NCBI GenBank assembly: GCA_030167145.1
Contig: CP126532.1
Location: forward strand, 4,350,001-4,382,000
Source: Ktedonobacterales bacterium
GTDB taxonomy: Bacteria > Chloroflexota > Ktedonobacteria > Ktedonobacterales > JADMIN01
Length of the DNA: 32,000 bases
Reading direction: 5' to 3'
In this document: positions 8,117 to 16,937 of the stretch, one piece after another
Layout of the letters: each line of letters opens with the position of its first letter
Numbering within the stretch: the first letter of the stretch is position 1
Notes under the pieces: model-generated
The model's database searches: none
Seen by the model: only the letters and a program-made list of their open reading frames with translations
What the model was told of the DNA's origin: nothing
Position numbers and translations under genes: made by a program

Positions 8117-9340
8117 ATGAGCGCCACGGCTGAGACAACCCTGACTTACCGCCAACTTTTCAGCGTTGGCGGTTTTTTCCGGCTGGCGTCGAGCGCGCTG
8201 CTGGCGCGGGCGGCAAGCCAGATGTGGCAGGTAACGCTGGTGCTCTTCGCGCTGGCGTCGTTTCATTCGCCGGTGCTGGCGGGCGCGGTGGTGTTTCTGA
8301 GCATCGCGCCAGGGCTTTTGCTGAGTCCCATCGAGGGCGCGCTGCTCGACCGCCACGGACGTGGGCGGCTGATCCTGGTGGATTATGGGCTGGCCGCTGT
8401 GCTGGCCGGGGCGCTGGTGCTGCTGCTGGTGGCTGGCGCGCTGACGCCGCAATTGCTGCTGATCCTAGTATCACTTAGCTCGCTGACGCGACCGCTGAGC
8501 TTTGCGGGCACACGGTCATTCTTTCCGCTACTGGTGCCACCGAGGCTATGGGATCGCGCGAACGCAGTGGATAGCGGCAGTGAGGCGCTGGCTGCCGTGC
8601 TGGGTCCGGCTATGGCGGGAGTGCTGCTCGGCTGGGCGGGCGCGCCGTGGGCGTTCATGGCGACCGCCGTGATGTTCGGGCTGGCCACAGTGGCCCTGGT
8701 GGGCATCCGCGAGCCAGCAACAAAAACGCAGCCGGGGGATCGCTTGTTGCCCGCCGCGTGGGCTGCGGTGCTCTATGTGGTGCGGCATCCGACACTGCGC
8801 GGGGTGATGTTCACGCTGTGGCTGAACAACATCGCCTACGGCGTCCTGACGGTGGCGCTGCCCGTGCTGGTGCTGCATGAACTGCATGGCACAGCGGACG
8901 CGGTTGGCGGGCTGTGGGCCGTGATGGGCTTCGCTACGGTCGCCACCGGGCTGACGGTGGGGCGGCTGAGCACGCGCGGACGCGAGCGCACAATTGTGGC
9001 GTGGACGTCGGTGGTCTTCGCGTTGGCGCTGGCGCTGATAGCGGTCTGGCAGAGCGCGGCGGGACTGATCATCTGTATGGGGCTGATGGGCCTTTCGTTT
9101 GGCGCGGCGGACGTGAGCCTGTTCTCGATTCGCCAGCGGCGCACTGATCCGCTGTGGTTCGGGCGGGCATTCGCCGTCGCGATGGCGCTGAACTTCTTTG
9201 CGATGCCGGTTGGATCGGTGCTGGCTGGTCCCGCTGTGCAACAATCGCTGACGCTGACGATTCTGCTGGCGGCGCTGGCGGCGCTGGCGGGCGGTGGTGT
9301 GGCGCTGCTGACGATTCCGAAGGAAGGGCGCGAGCGCTAA
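8117..9340 (+). CDS. MFS transporter
   Basis: 407 aa with about 12 predicted hydrophobic helices. The loop motif LLDRHGRGRLILV lies between TM2 and TM3, as is typical of MFS transporters. Confidence 0.8.
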   Translation: MSATAETTLTYRQLFSVGGFFRLASSALLARAASQMWQVTLVLFALASFHSPVLAGAVVFLSIAPGLLLSPIEGALLDRHGRGRLILVDYGLAAVLAGALVLLLVAGALTPQLLLILVSLSSLTRPLSFAGTRSFFPLLVPPRLWDRANAVDSGSEALAAVLGPAMAGVLLGWAGAPWAFMATAVMFGLATVALVGIREPATKTQPGDRLLPAAWAAVLYVVRHPTLRGVMFTLWLNNIAYGVLTVALPVLVLHELHGTADAVGGLWAVMGFATVATGLTVGRLSTRGRERTIVAWTSVVFALALALIAVWQSAAGLIICMGLMGLSFGAADVSLFSIRQRRTDPLWFGRAFAVAMALNFFAMPVGSVLAGPAVQQSLTLTILLAALAALAGGGVALLTIPKEGRER

Positions 9341-9410
9341 ATATGCTCGCGCTTTAGGGGTTGTTCGGGTTGGGGGCAGGCTCTCAGCGCCGAAGCGATG
9401 CCCTCCGCGC

Positions 9411-9659
9411 TCAGTCGCGGAAGTCTGGTCCGCGTGAGCGGTGGAAGCGCCAGCGGCGGGGCGTGTCGCTGGGGATCGAGGTAAGGAGGAACATACCGAC
9501 GGCGTAGAGCACGAGGCCCGCGACAATCACGCCACCGATGAGCGGCCAGTTGATTTCAGCATTGCTCTCCAGCCCGGCCATCGCCACGAGGAAGCCGACT
9601 GCGGTAAATCCCGCTATCGCGCCTGCCAGCATGAGCGCGCAGCCGATGCCCCGACGCAT
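9411..9659 (-). CDS. Small two-TM membrane protein, unknown function
   Basis: 82-aa ORF with two hydrophobic helices. Its ATG overlaps the TGA of the upstream GDPD gene (tgatg), suggesting translational coupling. Confidence 0.5.
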   Translation of the reverse strand: MRRGIGCALMLAGAIAGFTAVGFLVAMAGLESNAEINWPLIGGVIVAGLVLYAVGMFLLTSIPSDTPRRWRFHRSRGPDFRD

Positions 9660-10468
9660 CAGCGACCCCCTTTCCCGATCTTCTCCGGCGCGGTCTGGTC
9701 TGCCGTCGTCGCTAGCGCGGCGCGGGCTTGTATCACGCGCTCTGGATAATCGCTGAAGAGGCCGTCCACCTGCCAGGTGAGCAGCTTGCGAATTGTGGCC
9801 CAGCGGTTCGCGGTCCAGACGTTGGCGCGCAGGCCAGCGTCGTGGGCGCGGCGCACCAGCTCGTGCGTACTGAGATTTACTCCGGGGTGGATTGCCTCGG
9901 CGCGCAGCGCCAGCGCGGGGGCGATCAGATTGCGGCCTTTCCAGTCAGTCCCATACAGTGCGGCAATACGCAGACCAGGCAGGCGCTGCTTCAGGAGGGC
10001 AAGCGCGGGATGCTCGAATGATGAGACAAGGATGCGCGCCAGAAATGCGGGATCGAGCGCGGCCAGCACGGGCGCGACGGCCTCCGCTGTGCCGACCGAT
10101 TCGGCGACCGACTCGCCCTTGATTTCTAGATTGAGCGCGCCGCCGCGCTCGCGAACCAGCGCCAGCGTTTCGTCGAGTGTGGGGATGCGCTGCGGCTGCC
10201 GCCAGCGCGCCCCGGCGTTCAGCGCGCGCAGTTCGGCAAAACTCTGCTCGGCCACCGGCCCCGTGCCGTCGGTGGTACGGTCTACGGTGCCGTCGTGGAT
10301 AATGACGAGGCGCCCATCGCGGCTACGCTGCACATCGCACTCGATGGCGTCCGCTCCGAGATCGAAGGCCACAGCGAAGGCATGCAGCGTGTTTTCGGGC
10401 GCAGCGGCGCGTGCGCCACGATGCGCGTAGCAGATTACGCGCGGTTGTTCGTTCCTCTGTGTCGCCAT
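9659..10468 (-). CDS. Glycerophosphodiester phosphodiesterase (GDPD family)
   Basis: MATQRNEQPRVICYAHRGARAAAPENTLHAFAVAFDLGADAIECDVQRSRDGRLVIIHD, i.e. the HRG...E.D...D...HD catalytic pattern. ATG 10468 is preceded by aaaggagg about 10 nt upstream. The longer track ORF (to 10573) looks like a spurious extension. Confidence 0.85.
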   Translation of the reverse strand: MATQRNEQPRVICYAHRGARAAAPENTLHAFAVAFDLGADAIECDVQRSRDGRLVIIHDGTVDRTTDGTGPVAEQSFAELRALNAGARWRQPQRIPTLDETLALVRERGGALNLEIKGESVAESVGTAEAVAPVLAALDPAFLARILVSSFEHPALALLKQRLPGLRIAALYGTDWKGRNLIAPALALRAEAIHPGVNLSTHELVRRAHDAGLRANVWTANRWATIRKLLTWQVDGLFSDYPERVIQARAALATTADQTAPEKIGKGGR

Positions 10469-10665
10469 CGCGCGCCGGCCTCCTTTCGCCCGTCGTGCAT
10501 GCGCGCTCATCGTAGCACAGGCGCGCACGCGATTCATACGTGAGCGAAGCATCATGTTCGGGAGTGGTCGCACGAGGAATATTTGTTCTACATCACGTAT
10601 AGTATTCAGTGTAAGATCTGGTAGCGCGGATAGACGCGATTAGGGCAAAGAGGAGACGGGCGCCG

Positions 10666-11019
10666 ATGAGCCATTCAGCTATCACCCCCGAAGAGCGTTT
10701 TGCTACACTTGCCGAGGAGTTTCTTGGCGTGCCGCATGTGACTTCGCCAGCAGCGGGAACGCAGGCGAAGAAAGGGTTCGGCTCATCAGAATTGAAGGTA
10801 TATGGGAAGATATTCGCGATGCTGAGCCAGGGCAGGTTGGTGGTGAAGCTGCCGAAGACGCGTGTAGATGCGCTGGTGGCGGCGGGCGAGGGCGAGCGAT
10901 TCGATCCGCGCCGTGATGGCCGGCTGATGAAGGAGTGGCTATCTGTGGAGGCAAGTTCTGAATTGGAGTGGCTGGCGCTGGCACACGAGGCATTGGAGTA
11001 TGTGGCGGCGAAACGTTGA
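10666..11019 (+). CDS. TfoX N-terminal-domain-like protein
   Basis: 117 aa. FGSSELKVYGKIFAMLSQGRLVVKLPKTRVDALVAAGEGERFDP...GRLMKEWLSV fits my memory of the TfoX_N pattern. SD gaggag lies upstream. Confidence 0.55.
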   Translation: MSHSAITPEERFATLAEEFLGVPHVTSPAAGTQAKKGFGSSELKVYGKIFAMLSQGRLVVKLPKTRVDALVAAGEGERFDPRRDGRLMKEWLSVEASSELEWLALAHEALEYVAAKR

Positions 11020-11230
11020 GGACGGCATGGCATAGCCACGCATGCCCGTTTGCGCGATACAATAGAGGCTGGCCACACCGGACGCATGTGAGCGCGTGTG
11101 GCGACATTTGCACGACACCGCTCAATGCGGACCGCAGAGATCGCAGAGCGGTGTACATCTGAGACGCACGGGCCGGAAGCCGCAGCGTGGCGGCATGTCG
11201 CCCAGACAACACCAAAGAAGGAAGGCAGAG

Positions 11231-12157
11231 ATGCGCAACAAAGTAACCGTCGTGGGCGCTGGCAATGTCGGCGCGACCCTGGGCCAGCGCGTGGCCGAAC
11301 GCGACTACGCGGATGTGGTGCTGGTAGATGTGATTCCTGATATGCCGATGGGCAAGGCGCTCGATATTCTGGAAGCGGGTCCAGTGCTGGGCTACGATTC
11401 ACTGGTCATCGGCGCGAACGGCTACGATGAGACGGCGGGGTCCGATATCGTGGTGATTACGTCGGGCATCGCGCGCAAGCCGGGGATGAGCCGCGACGAC
11501 CTGATCCGCACCAACCAGGGCATCGTCACACAGGTGACACAGGAAATCGTGAAGCGCTCACCGAATGCGATGCTCATCTGCGTCACCAATCCACTGGACG
11601 CGATGGCGCAACTCGCCTATTCGGTAAGCGGATTTCCCAAGCAGCGGGTGATGGGTATGGCGGGGGTGCTGGATACAGCGCGCTTCCGCACGTTCATCGC
11701 GCAGGAGTTGGGCGTTTCGGTGCGCGACGTGCAGGCGTTCGTGCTGGGCGGCCACGGCGACACGATGGTGCCCCTGGCGCGGCTCTCGACGGTGGCGGGC
11801 GTGCCGCTGCCCAAGCTGATTGCCGAGGAGCGGCTGGCGCAGATCGTCCAGCGGACGCGCGACGGCGGCGCGGAGATTGTGAATCTGCTGAAGCAGGGCA
11901 GCGCCTACTATGCGCCTTCAGCTTCGGTCTTGCAGATGATTGACTCGATCCTGCTGGATAAGAAGATGATTATGCCCTGCGCGACGTATCTCGAAGGCGA
12001 GTATGGCATCAGCGGGCTTTTCGTCGGCGTGCCGGTGAAGCTGGGGTCGAAGGGCGTGGAAGAGGTGATCCAGCTTGAACTGTCCGAAGATGAGCGCGCG
12101 CAACTTCAGAAGTCGGCGGACTCGGTGCGCGAGCTGATTGGCGTCATGGGGATTTAG
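11231..12157 (+). CDS. mdh: Malate dehydrogenase (LDH-like type)
   Basis: [18 protein letters not shown] Rossmann motif, [25 protein letters not shown]. The full length resembles Chloroflexus/Bacillus-type MDH. Start is ATG 11231 with a gaagga SD; the track ORF's 45 extra codons look spurious. Confidence 0.92.
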   Translation: MRNKVTVVGAGNVGATLGQRVAERDYADVVLVDVIPDMPMGKALDILEAGPVLGYDSLVIGANGYDETAGSDIVVITSGIARKPGMSRDDLIRTNQGIVTQVTQEIVKRSPNAMLICVTNPLDAMAQLAYSVSGFPKQRVMGMAGVLDTARFRTFIAQELGVSVRDVQAFVLGGHGDTMVPLARLSTVAGVPLPKLIAEERLAQIVQRTRDGGAEIVNLLKQGSAYYAPSASVLQMIDSILLDKKMIMPCATYLEGEYGISGLFVGVPVKLGSKGVEEVIQLELSEDERAQLQKSADSVRELIGVMGI

Positions 12158-12168
12158 CTTTCACGGGT

Positions 12169-12200
12169 TTGCCCGCTCAGATTGCGATTTGGGCGGGCAA
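12169..12200 (+). terminator. Hairpin terminator after mdh
   Basis: 8-bp stem ttgcccgc / gcgggcaa followed by ttt. Confidence 0.45.
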
Positions 12201-12250
12201 TTTCATGGCTTGGGGCGGGAAAGAGCGGCGTGAGGCTGACGCGTGCAGGT

Positions 12251-13081
12251 TCACGCGCCGGTGCTTTCGCTGGCGACTGGCTGGGCGAGCGCTTCGCGCA
12301 CGAATGCCAGGGACGACCGTAGGCGCGCTAGCTGTTGTTTGCGGCTGAGCAGCGGTAGGTACTTGGGGTGGATTTCCAGGGTGATGAGGCCGTCGTAGCC
12401 ATCGTGCGTGAGGCGTCCGAGCAGTTCGCGCAGGGGCAGCGAGCCTTCGCCAGGGGGGACGTGGGTGCGTACCAGCCCGTCAGGCTCCCAACGCGCATCG
12501 CTCAGGTGAATGTTCACCAGCGCCGGGCGCAGCAGTTCGTAGGTGGCGAGGATGTCTTCGCCGTTCGCTCCGGAGTGGCAGGTGTCGAATGTGACGCCGC
12601 AGCCGCGCTCAGTGGCGAAGCGCACCAGCGTGGCCACGTCGTCGAGCAGGTAGCGTTCGGGACGCTTGTTATACTGGCTGGTTTCGAGGCCGATGCAGAA
12701 TGCGCCGCCAGCGCCAATCTCCAGCGCGCGCTGGATGCCGAGAGTATAGCGCCGGGCGCGCCGCCAGCGTTCATCCAGCAGATGTGGCGTATGGGCCACG
12801 ATCACCCCGGCGTCAACCGCACGCGCCAGTTCGGCGATATAGAGCCATTTCTTGACGACAGAGCGCGGCCAGCCGGGGAAGCGCACGAATGGAGGGTGTA
12901 CGCTCAGCACGGGTACGCCAGCGTCGCGCACGATACGCGCCACCCGCTTCGCGCCACCAAACATGTAGTCGTGTCCGGGGGAGAGTTCCACGCCGTCATA
13001 GCCTGCGTCGCGGGCGAGCGCGAGGATGTAGCCGAGGTTGCGGTGATAGAATGTGCCGGTCGAAAAGCTGATACGCATCAT
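12251..13081 (-). CDS. Sugar phosphate isomerase/epimerase (xylose-isomerase-like TIM barrel)
   Basis: MMRISFSTGTFY..., GYDGVELSP, a conserved His/Asp/Glu pattern (VAHTPH, GLETSQ, FDTCHS, HLSD, LTLEIHP). The start could instead be 13129 or 13078. Confidence 0.8.
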   Translation of the reverse strand: MMRISFSTGTFYHRNLGYILALARDAGYDGVELSPGHDYMFGGAKRVARIVRDAGVPVLSVHPPFVRFPGWPRSVVKKWLYIAELARAVDAGVIVAHTPHLLDERWRRARRYTLGIQRALEIGAGGAFCIGLETSQYNKRPERYLLDDVATLVRFATERGCGVTFDTCHSGANGEDILATYELLRPALVNIHLSDARWEPDGLVRTHVPPGEGSLPLRELLGRLTHDGYDGLITLEIHPKYLPLLSRKQQLARLRSSLAFVREALAQPVASESTGA

Positions 13082-13130
13082 GCTTGACACGATACCCCAT
13101 AGGGGTGCCCTCGCGTCAAGCGCGGACATA

Positions 13131-13442
13131 TCACGCGACAGTCACGCGGCGTCTCTTCAAGCGCCAGAGGACGAGTCCCGTGGCGAAGGCACTCGACAAG
13201 AGGAGAGCTACCAGGAAGAGGAGATGTGTTGCTTGATCCGGGAAGGGGTCAGAGCGCATGGGGATGAAAGAACCGACCAAGCAGAGTATGACCACGGGCG
13301 GATACAAGAAGCGCGCGACAAATTGCTGAAGCTCAGTAGAACTGAGGGGCTGCTTGTTGCCTGAAATTGGAAGAAGCCACCAAATAATGGCCTGTGCAGC
13401 GAAAATGCCACCGAGGATCAGATCCCAAGGATGGATGGTCAC
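13131..13442 (-). CDS. Hypothetical 3-TM membrane protein
   Basis: 103-aa ORF with GTG start and an aggatg SD-like element. It has three hydrophobic segments, a lower GC than its neighbours, and no recognisable family. Confidence 0.45.
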   Translation of the reverse strand: MTIHPWDLILGGIFAAQAIIWWLLPISGNKQPLSSTELQQFVARFLYPPVVILCLVGSFIPMRSDPFPDQATHLLFLVALLLSSAFATGLVLWRLKRRRVTVA

Positions 13443-13623
13443 GTGAACATCCTATTCGTTCGGATTTGATAAGATGCTACCAGTATAGCATGAGAAATGC
13501 GCATACTAACGTGCAACATTGGCGTTTCTCTCTAATTCCTTTGCTTAGCACTTAGCGAAGATAGCTCGGCGAGTGCCAGTCACCGCGTGGTAGACTGATG
13601 AGGTGAATTGTTAGGGGGATGGC

Positions 13624-13974
13624 ATGAGAGTTGATGCCCACCAACAGCGGGCGCTTCAGTTGGAACACGCAATTTCCCTGTTAGGAGATCCGGCCGCCGA
13701 TGCTGACATTGGGCCGAGCCTGATCGAGAATTATTGGGCTGCAGCCTTTCATTGGATTGCCTATGGCTGTCAGCAAAAACATGGGCAGCATAAGGAGAAC
13801 CATACCCAACTTGGGCGCTACCTTCGCGATCTTGGTGAACCAGTTATCGCAACGCGCTGGGACGCGCTTGAACGCACTCGCCAGGGAGCTATGTATGCAT
13901 ACAATGCGACTCTCGCCGATGTTGAGCGGGCGCGTGATGATTGGCAGGTGATTCGCACATGGGCACTGACCTGA
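13624..13974 (+). CDS. HEPN-domain-like protein (classical PF05168-type pattern; no Rx4-6H RNase motif seen)
   Basis: 116 aa with ATG start and an aggggga SD. AAAFHWIAYGCQQKHGQHKENHTQLGRYLRDLG and LERTRQGAMYAYNATLADVERARDDWQVIRTW fit the all-helical HEPN layout. The gene is paired with a nucleotidyltransferase gene. Confidence 0.6.
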   Translation: MRVDAHQQRALQLEHAISLLGDPAADADIGPSLIENYWAAAFHWIAYGCQQKHGQHKENHTQLGRYLRDLGEPVIATRWDALERTRQGAMYAYNATLADVERARDDWQVIRTWALT

Positions 13975-14483
13975 ACCAGACTACGCAAGATGCGGGTGCG
14001 CCGATAAACACTGTACATCCGTATGTACCAGTGGTCGCGTGGCTGGACGCGGAGACCGCCGCAAGCGTGGAGGACATTACACAATCGCTTGCCGAGCAGC
14101 ATCCAGAGGTTCTGGCGGTGATTCTCTTTGGCTCGGTCGCACGCCATGAGGAACGCTCACTCGACGATCCCATGCCGAGTGATGTGGATTTGCTGGTGCT
14201 GATTGACCCAGGCGTCGCCGATACGGCAGTCGAGCGACTATCAGCCGAGCGGGAGCTTGCCATTACCGCGACAATCGGCGAAGCAGACTACCGGCATCAC
14301 GATGCGCCCCGTGAGGTCAAGACTATCTTTATGTATCGCGACCTTGCTCATTGGGATCCTCTGTTCATCGAAAACGTGGCAAGGGATGGTATCTTGCTGT
14401 GGGCGCGCGGCCCACTGCCATCGCCGCTTTCGCTAATCGAGATGCGAGACAACACCTTTCACATGACTGCGTCTTCGCGCTGA
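13959..14483 (+). CDS. Minimal nucleotidyltransferase (MNT/pol-beta superfamily)
   Basis: LAVILFGSVARHEERSLDDPMPSDVDLLVLI (GS...DxD) and the C-terminal ENVARDGILLWARG. ATG 13959 overlaps the upstream gene by 16 nt; TTG 13941 is the alternative start. Confidence 0.75.
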   Translation: MGTDLNQTTQDAGAPINTVHPYVPVVAWLDAETAASVEDITQSLAEQHPEVLAVILFGSVARHEERSLDDPMPSDVDLLVLIDPGVADTAVERLSAERELAITATIGEADYRHHDAPREVKTIFMYRDLAHWDPLFIENVARDGILLWARGPLPSPLSLIEMRDNTFHMTASSR

Positions 14484-14505
14484 GTGGGTGCAGTAATACG
14501 CCTGC

Positions 14506-15375
14506 TTATATCCCATTGTGCGCCAGCGCATCAAGCAAGGCGGCGAGGAGCGCGTCGTTGCCTGCCGCGAGCACGCTGTAGGGCTTGGTGAACTCGACTG
14601 TGCCGAGGGGATGCCCGTAGCCGTCGGTCAGTCGCGCGCCTGCCTCGCGCAGCACCAGCGCCGGAGCCAGGAAGTTCTCTGGGGTCAGCCGGTCGCGCAG
14701 ATCCACATAGCCGTCATATGCGCCCTGGGCGACGTAGCAGAGGTCGAGCACCGTCGCTCCCATGCGCCGCACCGTCGCCGCGCGCTCCAGCAGGCGCCAC
14801 ACCTGGTCGAGCGGGATGCGCTGCGTCGCGGCGTCTTCCACGTCGGCTTTCGGCGAACGCTCGCGTCCGATGTTCGCGCCGAGCATGGCATAGCGCAGTT
14901 CGCTCATGCGCGAAGCGACGCAGGGCACACCATCCAGCGTCGCGCCCTGCCCACGCGCCGCCGAATACACCGCGCCGGTGAAGATGTCGCCACAGACGGC
15001 GTATTCGACTAGATCGGGGTCCAGTGGCGCGCCCACGGGAAGCGCCGCCACGGCAAAGCCCACGGAACGGATGCCGCGCTTGAAATTGTTGCTGCCGTCG
15101 CAGGGGTCAATCACCAGCGTCCACTGTGGCTGCTCACCGATCTGAATCTCGCCAGCCTCTTCGCTGAATGCGCGGAACGACCCAAGCCCCTGCTGGGCGA
15201 CCGCCAGCGCTATCTCTTCGGCGCGGGCGTCGAAGCCACGAGTCGCCTCGCCCTTGGGGTTCGTCGCCACGGGGGCGCGCGCTTCCAACGCCTGTCCCTC
15301 GCTCAGCAGGTAGCGCCGCGCCGCCGCGAACATCGCGACAAAGACCGGTCGCGGATCGGTTATCTCACCTGGCAT
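14506..15375 (-). CDS. Inositol monophosphatase family phosphatase (IMPase/FBPase-like)
   Basis: WTLVIDPCDGSNNF (the DPxDG(T/S)xNF metal site) and the FSEE motif. Start is ATG 15375 (MPGEITDPRPVF...); the longer track ORF is rejected. Confidence 0.85.
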   Translation of the reverse strand: MPGEITDPRPVFVAMFAAARRYLLSEGQALEARAPVATNPKGEATRGFDARAEEIALAVAQQGLGSFRAFSEEAGEIQIGEQPQWTLVIDPCDGSNNFKRGIRSVGFAVAALPVGAPLDPDLVEYAVCGDIFTGAVYSAARGQGATLDGVPCVASRMSELRYAMLGANIGRERSPKADVEDAATQRIPLDQVWRLLERAATVRRMGATVLDLCYVAQGAYDGYVDLRDRLTPENFLAPALVLREAGARLTDGYGHPLGTVEFTKPYSVLAAGNDALLAALLDALAHNGI

Positions 15376-15558
15376 ATGTCTCTCTATCCTGACTGCCGTT
15401 GCGCATTGCATGTGCCTCCACGGAACGGAGTCATGCGGAAAGCAGCTTCGGCTGCTCCATCGTGTTATCATACCCCACGGTACACGACATGCCCTACTGC
15501 GTCAGGACGAACGGCGGCGTATCCCGCCTCTGGCGCATTCTCTGGAGAGTGATTCCAC

Positions 15559-16932
15559 GTGCGTGAAGCGCAAGCAGTTGCCGAATCGCCCGCTTCCGCC
15601 AGCCCACGCTGGCGGCGGTGGTCGCTGCGTCTGCTCGAATTCGGCGTGCTGTTTGCGGTTCTGCTCTTCACGCTCTGGCTCTCGGACCGCTGGCTGCTGC
15701 CCAATGGCGATGTGGACGAATACTACGCCTACGCGCTGGCCTTCTGGACACAACACCCGTTGCTCCACGCGCTACCTGCGGAGTATCCGCCACTGGCCAT
15801 CATACCTTTCACGCTGACGCTGCTGCCCTCGCTAAGCAACTATCATCTGGTCTTCGCGGCGTGGATGGCGGCGCTGGTGCTGCTCGGCTACGCTGGCTTT
15901 CTGCGCTATGCCGGGCGCTCGCGGGCGCTGGTCTATATCGTCTATCTGCTGCTCGGCGCGGTGGCGACGCTGCTGGCGCGCTTCGACATCGTGCCGGCGC
16001 TGGTGACGCTTGGCGCGCTGCTGGCGGCGGAACGGCGGCGCTTCGAACTGGCATATGCGCTGGTCGCAGCGGGCGTGCTGCTGAAGCTGTATCCGGCATT
16101 TTTGCTGCCGGTGATCGTTATCGAACACTGGCGCTATCTGGCGGCGCGGGCAGTGGACGAGGGCGCAGGGGAGACGCCCGCGCGGGAAGCGTGGCGGAGG
16201 TTGCGCGGGCATCCGGCGCTGGCGCCGGTTGCACGCGGCGCGGCGCTATGCCTGGGACTGATTGGTGTAGGCTTCGCGGGCGCGTTCATCCTGAATCCAG
16301 CGGGGGCGCTCTCGACTTTCACCTACGCGGGCGGGCGACCGCTGCAAGCGGAATCCACGCCCGCCTCGCTGCTGTGGCTCGGCTCGCTCTTCGGCATTCC
16401 GGCGTTTCCCAACTATTCCTACGTCTCGTTGAATCTGGTTGGCCCGCTGGATGGCGTGCTGAAGCAACTCTCAGCGGTGGCGCTGGTCGGAGGCTGTCTA
16501 ATCGTCTACTGGCGGCAGGCGCGCGGCAAGCTGACAGTCGGGCGCGCGGTGATCGCCTGCCTGTGTGTCGTACTAGTGACGAATAAGATCTTCAGTCCGC
16601 AATATCTGATCTGGGTGCTGCCAGTGGTGGCATATATCGAGGGGTTTAGTTGGGCGTGGATTACCATTTGTTTCCTGACCACCTTGGACTTTCCCTTTAT
16701 CTACCAGATGCGGCATCCGATTCTCACCGTGCCGTATAGCTGGCAATTCTTGCCAGTCGTCGCCGTACGCAACGGATTGTTGCTCTGGATGACGTTCCGT
16801 GCTATCATCGGCCCCGAAGTCGGCAGCACACACGCGGCGGATGTCGCTATGGGAGCGGAGCCGATTTCGGATACCATCGAGCGCAGCGAGGATGGCAGCA
16901 AAGCGCCTGCCCCGCTGGGACAAGGGATATAG
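15559..16932 (+). CDS. Polytopic GT-C-type membrane glycosyltransferase, DUF2029/GT87-like
   Basis: 457 aa with GTG start and ggagag 10 nt upstream; about 10-11 TM helices. An acidic first-loop motif NGDVDEYY is present. LLKLYPAFLLPV and KIFSPQYLIWVLPV resemble DUF2029 (PimE-like) proteins as I recall them. Confidence 0.7.
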   Translation: MREAQAVAESPASASPRWRRWSLRLLEFGVLFAVLLFTLWLSDRWLLPNGDVDEYYAYALAFWTQHPLLHALPAEYPPLAIIPFTLTLLPSLSNYHLVFAAWMAALVLLGYAGFLRYAGRSRALVYIVYLLLGAVATLLARFDIVPALVTLGALLAAERRRFELAYALVAAGVLLKLYPAFLLPVIVIEHWRYLAARAVDEGAGETPAREAWRRLRGHPALAPVARGAALCLGLIGVGFAGAFILNPAGALSTFTYAGGRPLQAESTPASLLWLGSLFGIPAFPNYSYVSLNLVGPLDGVLKQLSAVALVGGCLIVYWRQARGKLTVGRAVIACLCVVLVTNKIFSPQYLIWVLPVVAYIEGFSWAWITICFLTTLDFPFIYQMRHPILTVPYSWQFLPVVAVRNGLLLWMTFRAIIGPEVGSTHAADVAMGAEPISDTIERSEDGSKAPAPLGQGI

Positions 16933-16937
16933 ATAGC

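Noticed and set aside
8546-9526. 326-aa minus-strand ORF opposite the MFS transporter gene
   Set aside because: It is extremely Arg/His/Gln/Pro-rich with no recognisable domain. The plus-strand MFS reading is far more protein-like.
10593-11402. 269-aa minus-strand ORF overlapping the TfoX-like gene and the mdh start
   Set aside because: It spans an intergenic region and two well-supported plus-strand genes, and its composition is Ser/Arg/Pro/Ala-rich.
13818-14263. Minus-strand ORFs of 109 and 124 aa antisense to the HEPN-like/NTase pair
   Set aside because: The plus-strand frames carry the GS...DxD NTase motif and an SD-supported start. The antisense frames are Ser/Arg-rich.
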